NCBI GenBank assembly: GCA_041649675.1
Contig: JBAZMQ010000002.1
Location: 65,920 to 129,919 of the forward strand
Length of the DNA: 64,000 nt
Reading direction: 5' to 3'
Source: Patescibacteria group bacterium
Lineage (GTDB): Bacteria; Patescibacteriota; Patescibacteriia; Buchananbacterales; UBA6539
Shown: positions 40,674-49,973 of the stretch, piece after piece
Layout: the number at the start of each line of letters is the position of its first letter
How positions within the stretch are numbered: the first letter of the stretch is position 1
Made by a program: the position numbers and the translations under genes
The notes under the pieces: model-generated
The model's input: the letters and a program-made list of their open reading frames with translations, nothing else
What the model was told of the DNA's origin: nothing
Databases searched by the model: none

Positions 40674-42073
40674 CCGCACTTCAAATAAAAAAATTACCAA
40701 CCGTCGTGATTATCGGCCGAATTAATGTCGGTAAATCCAATCTTTTCAATCGGCTGACTGAATCACATAAAGCCTTGGTGTCTGAGATTGAAGGTACAAC
40801 GCGTGATTATAATTTAGGTCAAGTTAATTGGCGCAAAAAAGTTTTTGAATTGATTGATACTGGCGGTGTTGATATTGAAAGTCTGAAAAATAGTATTCAG
40901 GCGATTTTACCGACTAAAAAAAATAAATTAGCCCAAAACAATCTAATTGAAACCGAAATTATTAAACAAACCAAAACCGCTTTACAAAAAGCGGATTTAA
41001 TTTTAATGGTAGTTGATGCTCAAAGTGGCCTCATGCCCCAAGATAAAGAACTAGCTTTAGTTTTGAAAAAAATTAAAACCCCAACTATGCTGGTTTGCAA
41101 CAAAGTTGACAGTCAAAAATGGCGCAACCAAACCAGTGACTTTTTCAAACTCGGTCTGGGTAATCCCTATCCGGTTTCAGCTGCGAACGGCAGCGGGACT
41201 GGGGATTTGCTTGATGATTTGATAAAAAAAATTAAGGGGCCAAAGGGCCGGCCAAAAATCGTAAATGAACAGAAACCAATCAAAGTAGCAATTATCGGCA
41301 AACCAAACGTTGGCAAATCATCTTTAGTTAATAAAATCTTAGGTGAAAACCGAGTAATTGTTTCTGATGTTCCTCAAACCACGCGCGAACCACAAGACAC
41401 TGAGATTACCTATAAAGATAATAAAATTATTTTGATTGATACTGCCGGCTTGCGCAAAAAGGCTAGGATTGAGTGGGGTTTAGAAAGAATGGCCACCAGA
41501 AGAACTTTAAAAATGATCAAAACCGCTGATGTAATTTTACTGGTAACGGAAGTCAATAAATTATTAACCGTTCAGGATAGTTATCTGGGTGGCATAGTTA
41601 AGGATTCCGGAGCGGCGATGATTATCGTGGCTAACAAATGGGATATTTTAGAAGATAAAACCGATAAAAGCGACAAAGTAGCAAAAGAATTTTACCAAGG
41701 TCATTTTTCCTACTTAAGCTTTGCCCCAATAGTTTTTATTTCGGCCAAGACTGGACGCAATGTTGATAAAATTTTAGAATTAGTACTAGAAGTAGCAACC
41801 CAGAGACGAAAAGAAATTTCCGAAAAAGACTTAAAAGAATTATTGCAAAAAGTAGTTCGCCATCATCATCCGGCCCAAGCCAAGGGTCAAAAACGGCCTC
41901 ATCTTTATACCTTGGCTCAAGTCGGAACCAATCCGCCAAAATTTTTGGTCACTATTGGCAAGGGCCAGTCAGTCCACTTCTCCTACCTCCGATTTATTGA
42001 AAACCAATTGCGTTATAATTTTGGTTTTACCGGTACGCCAATTAGCATTGGCGTAAAAAATCTAAAGCACTAA
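40670..42073 (+). CDS. der: ribosome-associated GTPase EngA/Der (tandem GTPase domains + KH-like)
   Basis: Two G-domains (GRINVGKSNLFNRL and GKPNVGKSSLVNKIL) plus a C-terminal KH-like domain. ATGA overlap with the upstream gene. Confidence 0.9.
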   Translation: MTALQIKKLPTVVIIGRINVGKSNLFNRLTESHKALVSEIEGTTRDYNLGQVNWRKKVFELIDTGGVDIESLKNSIQAILPTKKNKLAQNNLIETEIIKQTKTALQKADLILMVVDAQSGLMPQDKELALVLKKIKTPTMLVCNKVDSQKWRNQTSDFFKLGLGNPYPVSAANGSGTGDLLDDLIKKIKGPKGRPKIVNEQKPIKVAIIGKPNVGKSSLVNKILGENRVIVSDVPQTTREPQDTEITYKDNKIILIDTAGLRKKARIEWGLERMATRRTLKMIKTADVILLVTEVNKLLTVQDSYLGGIVKDSGAAMIIVANKWDILEDKTDKSDKVAKEFYQGHFSYLSFAPIVFISAKTGRNVDKILELVLEVATQRRKEISEKDLKELLQKVVRHHHPAQAKGQKRPHLYTLAQVGTNPPKFLVTIGKGQSVHFSYLRFIENQLRYNFGFTGTPISIGVKNLKH

Positions 42074-42074
42074 T

Positions 42075-42647
42075 ATGAAATTAATTGTCGGCTTAGGCAA
42101 TCCAGATACAAAATACCAAGACACTTGGCATAATGTTGGCTTTATTATGATTGATAAAATTCAAGCCCATAAGCCTCAAGAATTTCTAACCTGTAAAAAT
42201 AACAAAAAATTTCAAGCCGCAATTTGCGAAGGTATGAGCCCGGAAGAAAAAATAATTTTAGTCAAACCTCAAACCTATATGAATAATTCCGGCCAAGCCG
42301 TTAGTGCTTTGGTTAATTTCTACAAAATTCAGCTGTCCGATCTCTGGGTTATTCATGACGACATCGATTTACCCTTAGGTAATATCCGAATTTCCCAAAA
42401 TGCTTCAGCCGCGGGCCATAAAGGCGTGCAATCAATCATTGACCACTTGGGCTCAAAAGATTTTGTCCGTTTCCGAATTGGCATTCAACCCCAGCATTCC
42501 GTTCAAATACCAACCGAAGCTTACGTCTTGCAAAAAATGGATAAAGAAGCTAAAGTAATCATTGATGACGTTTCTCAAGAAATAATTTCGGCCATTGAAG
42601 TTTGCCTAGCTCAAGGAGTTACGGACGCGATGAACGAATTCAATTAA
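42075..42647 (+). CDS. pth: peptidyl-tRNA hydrolase
   Basis: MKLIVGLGNP...YQDTWHNVGF...NNSGQAV...HDD.DLPLG signature. Confidence 0.9.
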   Translation: MKLIVGLGNPDTKYQDTWHNVGFIMIDKIQAHKPQEFLTCKNNKKFQAAICEGMSPEEKIILVKPQTYMNNSGQAVSALVNFYKIQLSDLWVIHDDIDLPLGNIRISQNASAAGHKGVQSIIDHLGSKDFVRFRIGIQPQHSVQIPTEAYVLQKMDKEAKVIIDDVSQEIISAIEVCLAQGVTDAMNEFN

Positions 42648-42675
42648 AATTTAAAATTAAAAGTAATCAACATAG

Positions 42676-42699
42676 CGCACTAATTTTAAGTGCGTTTTT
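42676..42699 (+). terminator. rho-independent terminator after pth (CGCACT-aatttta-AGTGCG + TTTTT)
   Basis: 6-bp stem, 7-nt loop, 5-T run ending immediately before the ATG at 42700. Confidence 0.5.
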
Positions 42700-43098
42700 A
42701 TGTTAAACCAAGAATCAACCAAAAACTTAAAACCCAAAAGTCAAAACCACAACTTAAATCTTAAAACCAGGTGCTTTATCTTTTCTATTAAAATTATAAA
42801 ACTAACAGAAAAGCTGCCTCCAAAAAAATGTTACTGGATAATCGCTGACCAACTAATCAGATCAGCCACTAGTATTGGGGCTAATATTGCCGAGGCTAAA
42901 GGCAGTAATTCAAAAAAAGACTTTACTCACTTTTATCAAATCTCCTTAAAGTCGGCCAATGAGAGTAAGTATTGGCTTAATCTTTTAATCGCCTTGACCT
43001 TAACCGATAAAGACGAATTAAAAGAACTTCTTGACGAAAATATTCAACTAGCTAATATCTTAGCCGCCAGCATTTTAACCATGAGAAACAAGAGATAA
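42700..43098 (+). CDS. four-helix-bundle protein (TIGR02436 / '23S rRNA intervening sequence protein' family), 5' end uncertain and possibly degenerate
   Basis: C-terminal 100 aa (IIKLTEKLPPKK...IADQLIRSATSIGANIAEAKGSNSKKDFTHFYQISLKSANESKYWLNLL) match the family. The annotated N-terminal 26 aa are low-complexity, are encoded by the left inverted repeat, and the ATG abuts a terminator T-run. The true N-terminus is therefore doubtful. Confidence 0.55.
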   Translation: MLNQESTKNLKPKSQNHNLNLKTRCFIFSIKIIKLTEKLPPKKCYWIIADQLIRSATSIGANIAEAKGSNSKKDFTHFYQISLKSANESKYWLNLLIALTLTDKDELKELLDENIQLANILAASILTMRNKR

Positions 43099-43140
43099 CT
43101 CCTGGTTTTGGGTTTTAAGTTTTTGGTTTTAAGATTTTAA
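42723..43140. repeat. inverted repeats flanking four-helix-bundle gene 1 (left about 42723-42778; right about 43101-43140; unit CTTAAAACC(C)AAAA)
   Basis: 42723-42744 ACCAAAAACTTAAAACCCAAAA is the exact reverse complement of 43107-43128. Confidence 0.7.
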
Positions 43141-43143
43141 AAA

Positions 43144-43280
43144 AGTAGCTTCCAAGACCCTGTCTATCAGCGTAAGGCACCGTACCGAATGCTCAGTAGA
43201 TACCTTAGCTTTTGGCTAATTGGGAGAAATAGGAGGGTTAATCTCACGTTCGCCGCTGACAAACAGGGTTTTAAAAGCTA
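43144..43280. repeat. IR-bounded structured element upstream of dprA (arms 43144-43171 and 43253-43280)
   Basis: GTAGCTTCCAAGACCCTGTCTATCAGCG and the reverse complement of CGCTGACAAACAGGGTTTTAAAAGCTAC pair at about 21/28. The 80-nt interior contains a TTAGC-ttttg-GCTAA hairpin and a purine-rich GGGAGAAATAGGAGGG tract. Confidence 0.5.
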
Positions 43281-43373
43281 CCTCAAATTAATAAAATAAC
43301 TTATCACTTTCTATCATAAATGTCAAGGGGGGCCAAAATAATGGCTAAAATATATAACTACTATCAATAATAT

Positions 43374-44483
43374 ATGAAAACAACCACTGAATTTAATAAA
43401 AATGAACTCAAATATTGGATTGCCTTTAATCAACTAACTGTAATCGGCCCCATTCGCTGGCAAAAAATTTTAAGCTATTTTCCTAATCTAAAAACTGCCT
43501 GGCAAGCACCGATTCAACAATTAATCCAAGCGGGGTTAGAAACAAAAATTGCTCAGCAGGTTAGCGAAAAGCGTCAAGGTATCACGCCAGATTTAGAATT
43601 AAAAAAAATTGAAAAACTAAACATTAAAATCGTTACTATTTTAGACGAGGCTTATCCTAAAGCGCTGAAACAAGCCTACGGCTGCCCGCCTCTGCTTTAT
43701 TATTTTGGCAATCTTGATTTAAATAATGATTATTGCCTCGCCGTTGTTGGTACGAGGAAAATTACTCCTTATGGCCAAAGAGTAACTCAGGATTTAGTTA
43801 AAGAATTAGCGGGTACCGGAATTACTATTGTTTCCGGACTAGCTTTAGGTGTTGACGCCTGTGCCCATCAAACCACTTTAGACAGTAATGGCAAAACTAT
43901 TGCGGTTTTGGGTTCGGGCTTGGATCAAATTTACCCGTCTGCCAACCGTCAGCTGGCCCAAAAAATTATTGAATCTGGTGGCGCCGTTATTTCAGAATTT
44001 CCTTTAGGCACACCGCCCTATAAATCAAACTTTCCCTTGCGCAACCGCATTATTTCGGGCTTAAGTTTAGGCACTTTAATTACTGAAGCTGGAATTAAAT
44101 CGGGAGCGTTAATCACCGGTCAATTTGCCTTGGAACAAAACCGCGAAGTTTTTGCCGTGCCGGGAAATATCTATAGTCTAACTTCAGCTGGCCCAAACCA
44201 ATTAATCAAACTGGGCGCAAAAATGGTTATTCAAGCTTCAGATATTTTGGAAACTTTAAACATTAAATCAGCGGCCAGTGCTAAACAAATCAAAGAGATT
44301 ATTCCGGAAAACGAGACGGAAAAAATGTTGTTAGAAGATTTAAACGCCGAACCGCTTCACGTTGACAAATTAGTCCAATGCACTAAACTGAATATTAGTC
44401 TCGTTAATTCCACCTTGTCGGTTTTGGAAATGAAAGGAATAATAAAAAATTTAGGTGGCCAAACTTATATTAAACTCAGATAA
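43374..44483 (+). CDS. dprA: DNA processing protein A (DprA/Smf)
   Basis: Rossmann-like DprA core GLALGVDACAHQ...GSGLDQIYP...PLRNRIISGLS. Confidence 0.85.
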   Translation: MKTTTEFNKNELKYWIAFNQLTVIGPIRWQKILSYFPNLKTAWQAPIQQLIQAGLETKIAQQVSEKRQGITPDLELKKIEKLNIKIVTILDEAYPKALKQAYGCPPLLYYFGNLDLNNDYCLAVVGTRKITPYGQRVTQDLVKELAGTGITIVSGLALGVDACAHQTTLDSNGKTIAVLGSGLDQIYPSANRQLAQKIIESGGAVISEFPLGTPPYKSNFPLRNRIISGLSLGTLITEAGIKSGALITGQFALEQNREVFAVPGNIYSLTSAGPNQLIKLGAKMVIQASDILETLNIKSAASAKQIKEIIPENETEKMLLEDLNAEPLHVDKLVQCTKLNISLVNSTLSVLEMKGIIKNLGGQTYIKLR

Positions 44484-44487
44484 ACCC

Positions 44488-45144
44488 ATGATTAAAGCTG
44501 CAATTTACGATTTAGACGATTTAATGGTTAATTCCCTGCCTCTTCACCGAAGAGCTTGGGATATTTTGTTTAATGAATACCAAGTCAAGACTGCCGACCT
44601 ACCGCCCAATCTTAGCTCCCGTTTTGTTGGCATGAGAATAAGTGATATTCTTAAAGAAATGATTAATCACTTTAAGCTTAAAGCCGACTACCAAATTCTT
44701 TACCAAAAAAGGCAAGAAATTTTTTTGAAGCTAGCCGCGGCAGAATTGGAAATGCTACCTGGTTTAATTGAATCGTTGAATTTTTTTAGAGATAATAAAA
44801 TAAAAATTGCCTTGGCAACCTCCGGCACAAAAAGATATATTAATTTTGTTTTGAACAAATTCAACCTCAACGATTTTTTTGACATCATTATTACCGGCGA
44901 CGATGTTAAACTCGGTAAACCTAACGCCGAAACTTACCAAGTCACTTGCCAGAAGTTAAATCTTGACCCCAAAGATTGTGTGGTTTTGGAAGATGCCACC
45001 AGCGGAATTATGGCAGCTAAAGCTGCTAATTGTAAGTGTATTGCCATTAAAAATCCTCACACTCCCCCGCAAATTTTAGACCAATCTGACTTAATCCTCA
45101 ATTCACTGGCCGAGATAGACTTAAATGTTTTAAATTCTCTTTAA
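44488..45144 (+). CDS. HAD-superfamily hydrolase (beta-phosphoglucomutase-like)
   Basis: Motif I IYDLDDLMVNS directly after Met; motif III/IV region GKPNAETY...VLEDATSG. Start at 44488 is preferred over the in-frame ATG at 44455, which would overlap dprA by 29 nt. Confidence 0.7.
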   Translation: MIKAAIYDLDDLMVNSLPLHRRAWDILFNEYQVKTADLPPNLSSRFVGMRISDILKEMINHFKLKADYQILYQKRQEIFLKLAAAELEMLPGLIESLNFFRDNKIKIALATSGTKRYINFVLNKFNLNDFFDIIITGDDVKLGKPNAETYQVTCQKLNLDPKDCVVLEDATSGIMAAKAANCKCIAIKNPHTPPQILDQSDLILNSLAEIDLNVLNSL

Positions 45145-45920
45145 TGAAACTAAATCAGCAAGACAAAATTTTTCTTCTGTTTGGCATTTTCATTGGCGCC
45201 TTGTTGTCAGCCAATTTTTTAGGTGCCAAAATTACTGCCTTTACCCTACCTTGGGCCGTGGCCTTAATTTTAAACCTAATTTTTTGGCCGCTGATTTTTT
45301 TAATCAATCTAATTGTTTCAGCTCTACCGGCCTATACTATTTTTAGCCAGCCCTTTTTAGCTTACAATTTTTTTGACGTCATCCATGTTTCCGTTGCCAT
45401 CTTAACCGTTCCAATTATGTTTTTGGTAAACGACATAATTTCCGAAGTTATTGGCAAACCAATGGCTCACAAATTAATCAATCTAGCCCTAATTGTTATG
45501 CTCGTTGTTTTAGTTATCACAGTGATTTCTGTTTGGCTGCCAGCTGACCCCAGCCGCCAGTATTTTTCCCAACAAGCTTATGCCGATATTTTTGGCGTAT
45601 CTTTGAGAATGACTATTGCTTCAATTATTGCTTTCGTTTTAGCCCAAAAACATGATGTTTGGGCTTTTAATTTTTGGCGCCAAAAAACCAAGGGCAAATG
45701 GCTTTGGCTAAGAAACAACGCCTCTAATTTCAGTTCGGAATTTGTTGACTCAACAATTTTTATGTTCATCGCCTTTTATGCTTTAACCCCAAAATTTAAC
45801 GCTGTTTATATTTTTTCCTTAATTATTCCTTATTGGATTTTTAAAATTTTGTTTTCTCTAATCCAAACGCCATTTTGTTATTTGGGTGTTAGGTGGCTAA
45901 AAAACAACAATGAAAAATAA
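45144..45920 (+). CDS. YhhQ/DUF165-family membrane protein (putative queuosine-precursor transporter)
   Basis: Polytopic membrane protein with the LRNNASNFSSEFVDSTIF motif, resembling the conserved RN..S...SQ..DT segment of the YhhQ family. Confidence 0.55.
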   Translation: MKLNQQDKIFLLFGIFIGALLSANFLGAKITAFTLPWAVALILNLIFWPLIFLINLIVSALPAYTIFSQPFLAYNFFDVIHVSVAILTVPIMFLVNDIISEVIGKPMAHKLINLALIVMLVVLVITVISVWLPADPSRQYFSQQAYADIFGVSLRMTIASIIAFVLAQKHDVWAFNFWRQKTKGKWLWLRNNASNFSSEFVDSTIFMFIAFYALTPKFNAVYIFSLIIPYWIFKILFSLIQTPFCYLGVRWLKNNNEK

Positions 45921-47196
45921 TTTCCAAAATTATTACCAGGCCGTAGAATACTTAGAATCTTTGTTTAATCTACCGCAAGATGATTATTTTATAAAAAAAA
46001 CCGGCCGGAAAATTTTTTTGCAGCGCCTAAAATATCTCTTAAAACTGCTTGGCAACCCCCAACTGGGTTTTAAATATATCCATATTGGCGGCACTTCCGG
46101 CAAGGGATCGGTAGCCACCATGATTCATTCCGTTCTGACTGAAGCGGGCTACAATGCCGGCTTGTTTACTTCGCCTTTTTGCACCACTTCAATTGAAAAA
46201 ATTAAAGTTGGCAACTTATTAATTAGCCCAAACGATTTTGTAAAAATTGTTGAAAGGCTAAAGCCAGCCGTTGATTTGTGCTACCAAAAATCACCTTGGG
46301 GCCATCCGTCATATTTTGAAATTTTTACCGCCATTGCCTTTTTATATTTCAAACAAAAAAAATGCGACTACGTTGTTTTGGAAGTCGGCTTGGGCGGCCG
46401 CTTTGATGCCACTAACGTTATCCCGCCACCAAAAATTACAGTCATTAATTTAATTGATTTTGATCACACCGATGTTTTGGGCAAAACTTTAAAACAAATT
46501 GCCAAAGAGAAAGCCGCCATCATTAAACCAAAAACAATATTTTTTACAACCAAGCAAAGTAATTCAGTCTTAAAAATATTGAAAACCACCTGCCAAAAAA
46601 ATCGGGCGGAATTTAATCTAATTTCCGATTTTAGCCAAAGCTATAAACTGGGTTTATTAGGCAAGCACCAACAAAAAAATGCCGCTTTAGTCGTTGCGGT
46701 TTGTCAAAAATTAGATATCAAAAAAGACAAAATTTTAACCGGTTTAAAAAAGGCCCAACTCCCCTGTCGGCTGGAAATTATTCAAAGAAAACCACTGGTA
46801 ATTTTGGACGGCGCCCATAATCTTTCCAAACTAAAAACCACCGCCGATTTTATCAAAAATTTGACATATCGTAAATTATATCTTATTATTGCCTTAACTA
46901 ACGAAAGAAATCCCAAAGAAATCTTTGGCCAGATTGAATCATTAGCCGATCATATTTTTTTCACTCGTTACCAGGCAAGGGTAAAAAAGTGTTACCCGCC
47001 AAAATTGTTGGCCAAAAAACTCAAATCTAAAAAGCCAAACGAGATATTTTTAGACGCAAAAATGGCATTAGCCAAAGCCAAAAAATTGGCAAAATCAAAT
47101 GATTTAATTTTAATCACTGGCTCGCTTTATTTAGCCGGTGAACTAAGAAATAATTGGCGGAGCGAAAAAAAAATCTTACAGCAAAGGACAACTTAA
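45910..47196 (+). CDS. folC: folylpolyglutamate synthase / dihydrofolate synthase (Mur-ligase family)
   Basis: HIGGTSGKGSV P-loop variant typical of FolC, a Mur-ligase middle domain, and a length of about 430 aa. Confidence 0.8.
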   Translation: MKNNFQNYYQAVEYLESLFNLPQDDYFIKKTGRKIFLQRLKYLLKLLGNPQLGFKYIHIGGTSGKGSVATMIHSVLTEAGYNAGLFTSPFCTTSIEKIKVGNLLISPNDFVKIVERLKPAVDLCYQKSPWGHPSYFEIFTAIAFLYFKQKKCDYVVLEVGLGGRFDATNVIPPPKITVINLIDFDHTDVLGKTLKQIAKEKAAIIKPKTIFFTTKQSNSVLKILKTTCQKNRAEFNLISDFSQSYKLGLLGKHQQKNAALVVAVCQKLDIKKDKILTGLKKAQLPCRLEIIQRKPLVILDGAHNLSKLKTTADFIKNLTYRKLYLIIALTNERNPKEIFGQIESLADHIFFTRYQARVKKCYPPKLLAKKLKSKKPNEIFLDAKMALAKAKKLAKSNDLILITGSLYLAGELRNNWRSEKKILQQRTT

Positions 47197-47235
47197 AAAA
47201 TATTACTGTCAACATAGCGCAACCTCATAATTAAT

Positions 47236-47660
47236 CAGCTGTTAGCTTTTAGCTGATAGCTTATAGAAAGGTTAAGCTATGTACATCCAATCGTTTAAAC
47301 AATTAACTGTTTGGCAAAAATCAATTATTCTGGTTAAAGAAATTTACCTGCTCACTCGTTGTTTGCCCAAGGAAGAGTTATATGGCTTAACTAGCCAAAT
47401 GAGAAGATCGGCAGTATCTATCCCTTCCAATATTGCTGAAGGCAAGAAACGCAAAACCAAAAAAGATTTTATTCAATTTTTAAGAATCGCTGACGGTTCG
47501 GCTGCCGAGCTAGAAACTCAAGTAATGATTGCCAAAGATTTATATCCTGACCTTAACTATTCAAAAATTGAATCCTTACTCGAAGAAGTTCAAAAAATGC
47601 TGATTACAATAATTAAAAAATTGGAAACTAACTAAAAGCTATAAGCTAACAGCTACCAGC
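47236..47660. repeat. inverted repeats flanking four-helix-bundle gene 2 (left 47236-47266 CAGCTGTTAGCTTTTAGCTGATAGCTTATAG; right 47633-47660 TAAAAGCTATAAGCTAACAGCTACCAGC)
   Basis: AGCTGTTAGCTT (47237-47248) is the exact reverse complement of 47643-47654. The right arm is identical to 38950-38971. Confidence 0.7.
47279..47635 (+). CDS. four-helix-bundle protein (TIGR02436 family), full length
   Basis: 118-aa ORF; LTVWQKSIILVKEIYLLTRCLPKEELYGLTSQMRRSAVSIPSNIAEG is the canonical family N-terminus. Confidence 0.75.
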   Translation: MYIQSFKQLTVWQKSIILVKEIYLLTRCLPKEELYGLTSQMRRSAVSIPSNIAEGKKRKTKKDFIQFLRIADGSAAELETQVMIAKDLYPDLNYSKIESLLEEVQKMLITIIKKLETN

Positions 47661-47666
47661 TAACTT

Positions 47667-49907
47667 ATGAAAAACTTAGTTATCGTTGAATCACCAACGA
47701 AAGCCAAAACCATTACCAAGTTTTTAGGGACCGACTATAAAATCGAGTCCTCTTTTGGTCATATCCGCGATTTGCCAAAAAGCAAATTAGGCGTTGATGT
47801 TGATAATAATTTTGAACCGCAATATGTTATTCCGCTAAAAGCCAAGAAGCACGTCACCGAATTAAAAAAATTAGCCGAGAAAGCAAAAATGATTTACTTT
47901 GCCACTGACGAAGACCGCGAAGGTGAAGCGATTTCTTGGCATTTAGTCCAAGCTTTAAAAACGCCAAAAGACAAAATTAAAAGAATAGTTTTTCATGAAA
48001 TCACCGAACATGCAATCAAAGAGGCTTTAAAAAATCCCCGAACCATTGATTTAAACTTAGTTGATGCCCAACAAGCTCGCCGGGTTTTGGACCGCTTGGT
48101 CGGCTATCAGCTTTCGCCTTTTTTATGGAAAAAAGTTGCCCGCGGACTTTCGGCCGGTCGCGTCCAATCAGTAGCCGTTCGATTAATCGTTGAACGCGAA
48201 CGAGAAATCCAAGCCTTCAAAGAGGAAGAATATTGGAGCATTGAGGGTATTTTTTGCCAACAGGCAGTTAAAACCGGACAAAAGCCAATGGATTTTGAAG
48301 CCAAGCTTCATCAAATTGATGGAAAAATTATTGATAAATTGGAAATTAAAGATCAAAAGCACGCCGACAAAATACTAAAAGACTTAAAAGATGCCAAATA
48401 CATCGTGGCCGATATTGAGCAACGGGAAATGAAAAAAAGTCCGCTGCCGCCTTTTACCACTTCCACCCTGCAACAAGAAGCGATTAAACGTTTAGGCTTT
48501 TCGGCGAAACAAACCATGATGATTGCTCAACAGCTTTACGAAGGTATTGAATTGGGTGCTGGCGGTGCCGTTGGTTTAATTACTTACATGAGAACCGACT
48601 CGGTCAATTTAGCCGACAAATTTTTAGACGAAACTCAAGATTATATCAAAAGTCAGTTTGGCCCGACTTATACTCCGGGCAAAAGATATTATAAAGCTAA
48701 ATCAAAATTGGCCCAGGAAGCCCACGAAGCGGTCCGGCCAACTTCAATTACTAATGATCCTCAAAGCGTCAAACAATATTTAGACCCCAGACAATTCAGG
48801 CTCTATCAGCTGATTTGGCAGCGGGCTTTAGCTAGCCAAATGGCCAATGCCATTATTGATACTTCAAAAGTTGATATTTCCGCTCAAAAAACACCTTATA
48901 CTTTTCGGGCTATTGGTTCGGTAATTAAATTTGAAGGCTATCTAAAAATTTATCCTTCCGCCACCAAAGAAAATCTTTTGCCGGAATTAAAAACCAAGGA
49001 AGGTTTGGATTTAGTGTCTTTAACACCAAATCAACATTTTACCCAACCGCCGGCCCGTTATTCAGAAGCGACTTTAGTCAAAATTTTGGAAGAATATGGT
49101 ATTGGCAGGCCTTCAACTTATGCGCCAACCATTGCCACGGTTCAAGACCGCGGTTATGTGACCAAGGAAGAAAAAAGATTAAAACCAACTGACCTAGCTT
49201 TTTTGGTCAACGACCTTTTAGTCAAACACTTCCCTAATATTGTTGACTATGAATTCACGGCCAATATGGAAAACGACTTGGACGAAATTGCCGAGGGCAA
49301 AAGAAAATGGCAACCAATTATCCACGAATTTTGGGGGCCGTTCAAATCAAATTTGGATGAAAAATATAAAGAATTAGACAAACAAGAACTGACTGAAACA
49401 AAAACCGATGAGGTCTGCGAGCTTTGCGGCAAGCCAATGGTGATTAAAATCGGCCGGTTTGGTAAATTTTTGGCTTGCACCGGTTACCCGGAATGCAAAA
49501 ATACCAAACCCTTAGCCGAAGGCGGCCTTGAGCCACAAAAACCACAAGAGACTGGCGAAAAATGTCCAGAGTGCGAAAGCCCCTTGGTTAAACGCAAAGG
49601 CCGGTTTGGCGAATTTGTCGGCTGTTCAAATTATCCTAAATGTAAGTACATTAAAAAACAACCGTCTCAAGAATTCGGTACCTGTCCCAAATGCAACAAG
49701 GGAAAAATTGTTGGCAAGCGTTCCCGCCGCGGCTGGTTTTATGGTTGCAGCGCTTATCCGGATTGTAACTTTGCCTTGTGGGGTAAACCCGTAATTGCCG
49801 AGGGTAAAACTGAGCCAGAAAAATGTCCGGACTGCGGCTCAATTTTAGTTCACGCCAAAGAAGATCAGATAAAGTGCAGTAGTAAAGAATGCAAATATAA
49901 ACAATAA
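47667..49907 (+). CDS. topA: DNA topoisomerase I with C-terminal zinc-ribbon repeats
   Basis: Toprim N-terminus MKNLVIVESPTKAKTI..., a type IA core, and four C4 zinc-ribbon modules at the C-terminus. Confidence 0.95.
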   Translation: MKNLVIVESPTKAKTITKFLGTDYKIESSFGHIRDLPKSKLGVDVDNNFEPQYVIPLKAKKHVTELKKLAEKAKMIYFATDEDREGEAISWHLVQALKTPKDKIKRIVFHEITEHAIKEALKNPRTIDLNLVDAQQARRVLDRLVGYQLSPFLWKKVARGLSAGRVQSVAVRLIVEREREIQAFKEEEYWSIEGIFCQQAVKTGQKPMDFEAKLHQIDGKIIDKLEIKDQKHADKILKDLKDAKYIVADIEQREMKKSPLPPFTTSTLQQEAIKRLGFSAKQTMMIAQQLYEGIELGAGGAVGLITYMRTDSVNLADKFLDETQDYIKSQFGPTYTPGKRYYKAKSKLAQEAHEAVRPTSITNDPQSVKQYLDPRQFRLYQLIWQRALASQMANAIIDTSKVDISAQKTPYTFRAIGSVIKFEGYLKIYPSATKENLLPELKTKEGLDLVSLTPNQHFTQPPARYSEATLVKILEEYGIGRPSTYAPTIATVQDRGYVTKEEKRLKPTDLAFLVNDLLVKHFPNIVDYEFTANMENDLDEIAEGKRKWQPIIHEFWGPFKSNLDEKYKELDKQELTETKTDEVCELCGKPMVIKIGRFGKFLACTGYPECKNTKPLAEGGLEPQKPQETGEKCPECESPLVKRKGRFGEFVGCSNYPKCKYIKKQPSQEFGTCPKCNKGKIVGKRSRRGWFYGCSAYPDCNFALWGKPVIAEGKTEPEKCPDCGSILVHAKEDQIKCSSKECKYKQ

Positions 49908-49925
49908 TAAAATTTTTAAGCTAAA

Positions 49926-49953
49926 CAAAAAATCCCCGAATCGGGGATTTTTT
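49926..49953. terminator. bidirectional rho-independent terminator (AAAAAATCCCCGAATCGGGGATTTTTT)
   Basis: 6-bp GC-rich stem ATCCCC/GGGGAT flanked by an A-run and a T-run, 20 nt after the topA stop. Confidence 0.65.
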
Positions 49954-49973
49954 GTATCATTGACAAAATTGTT

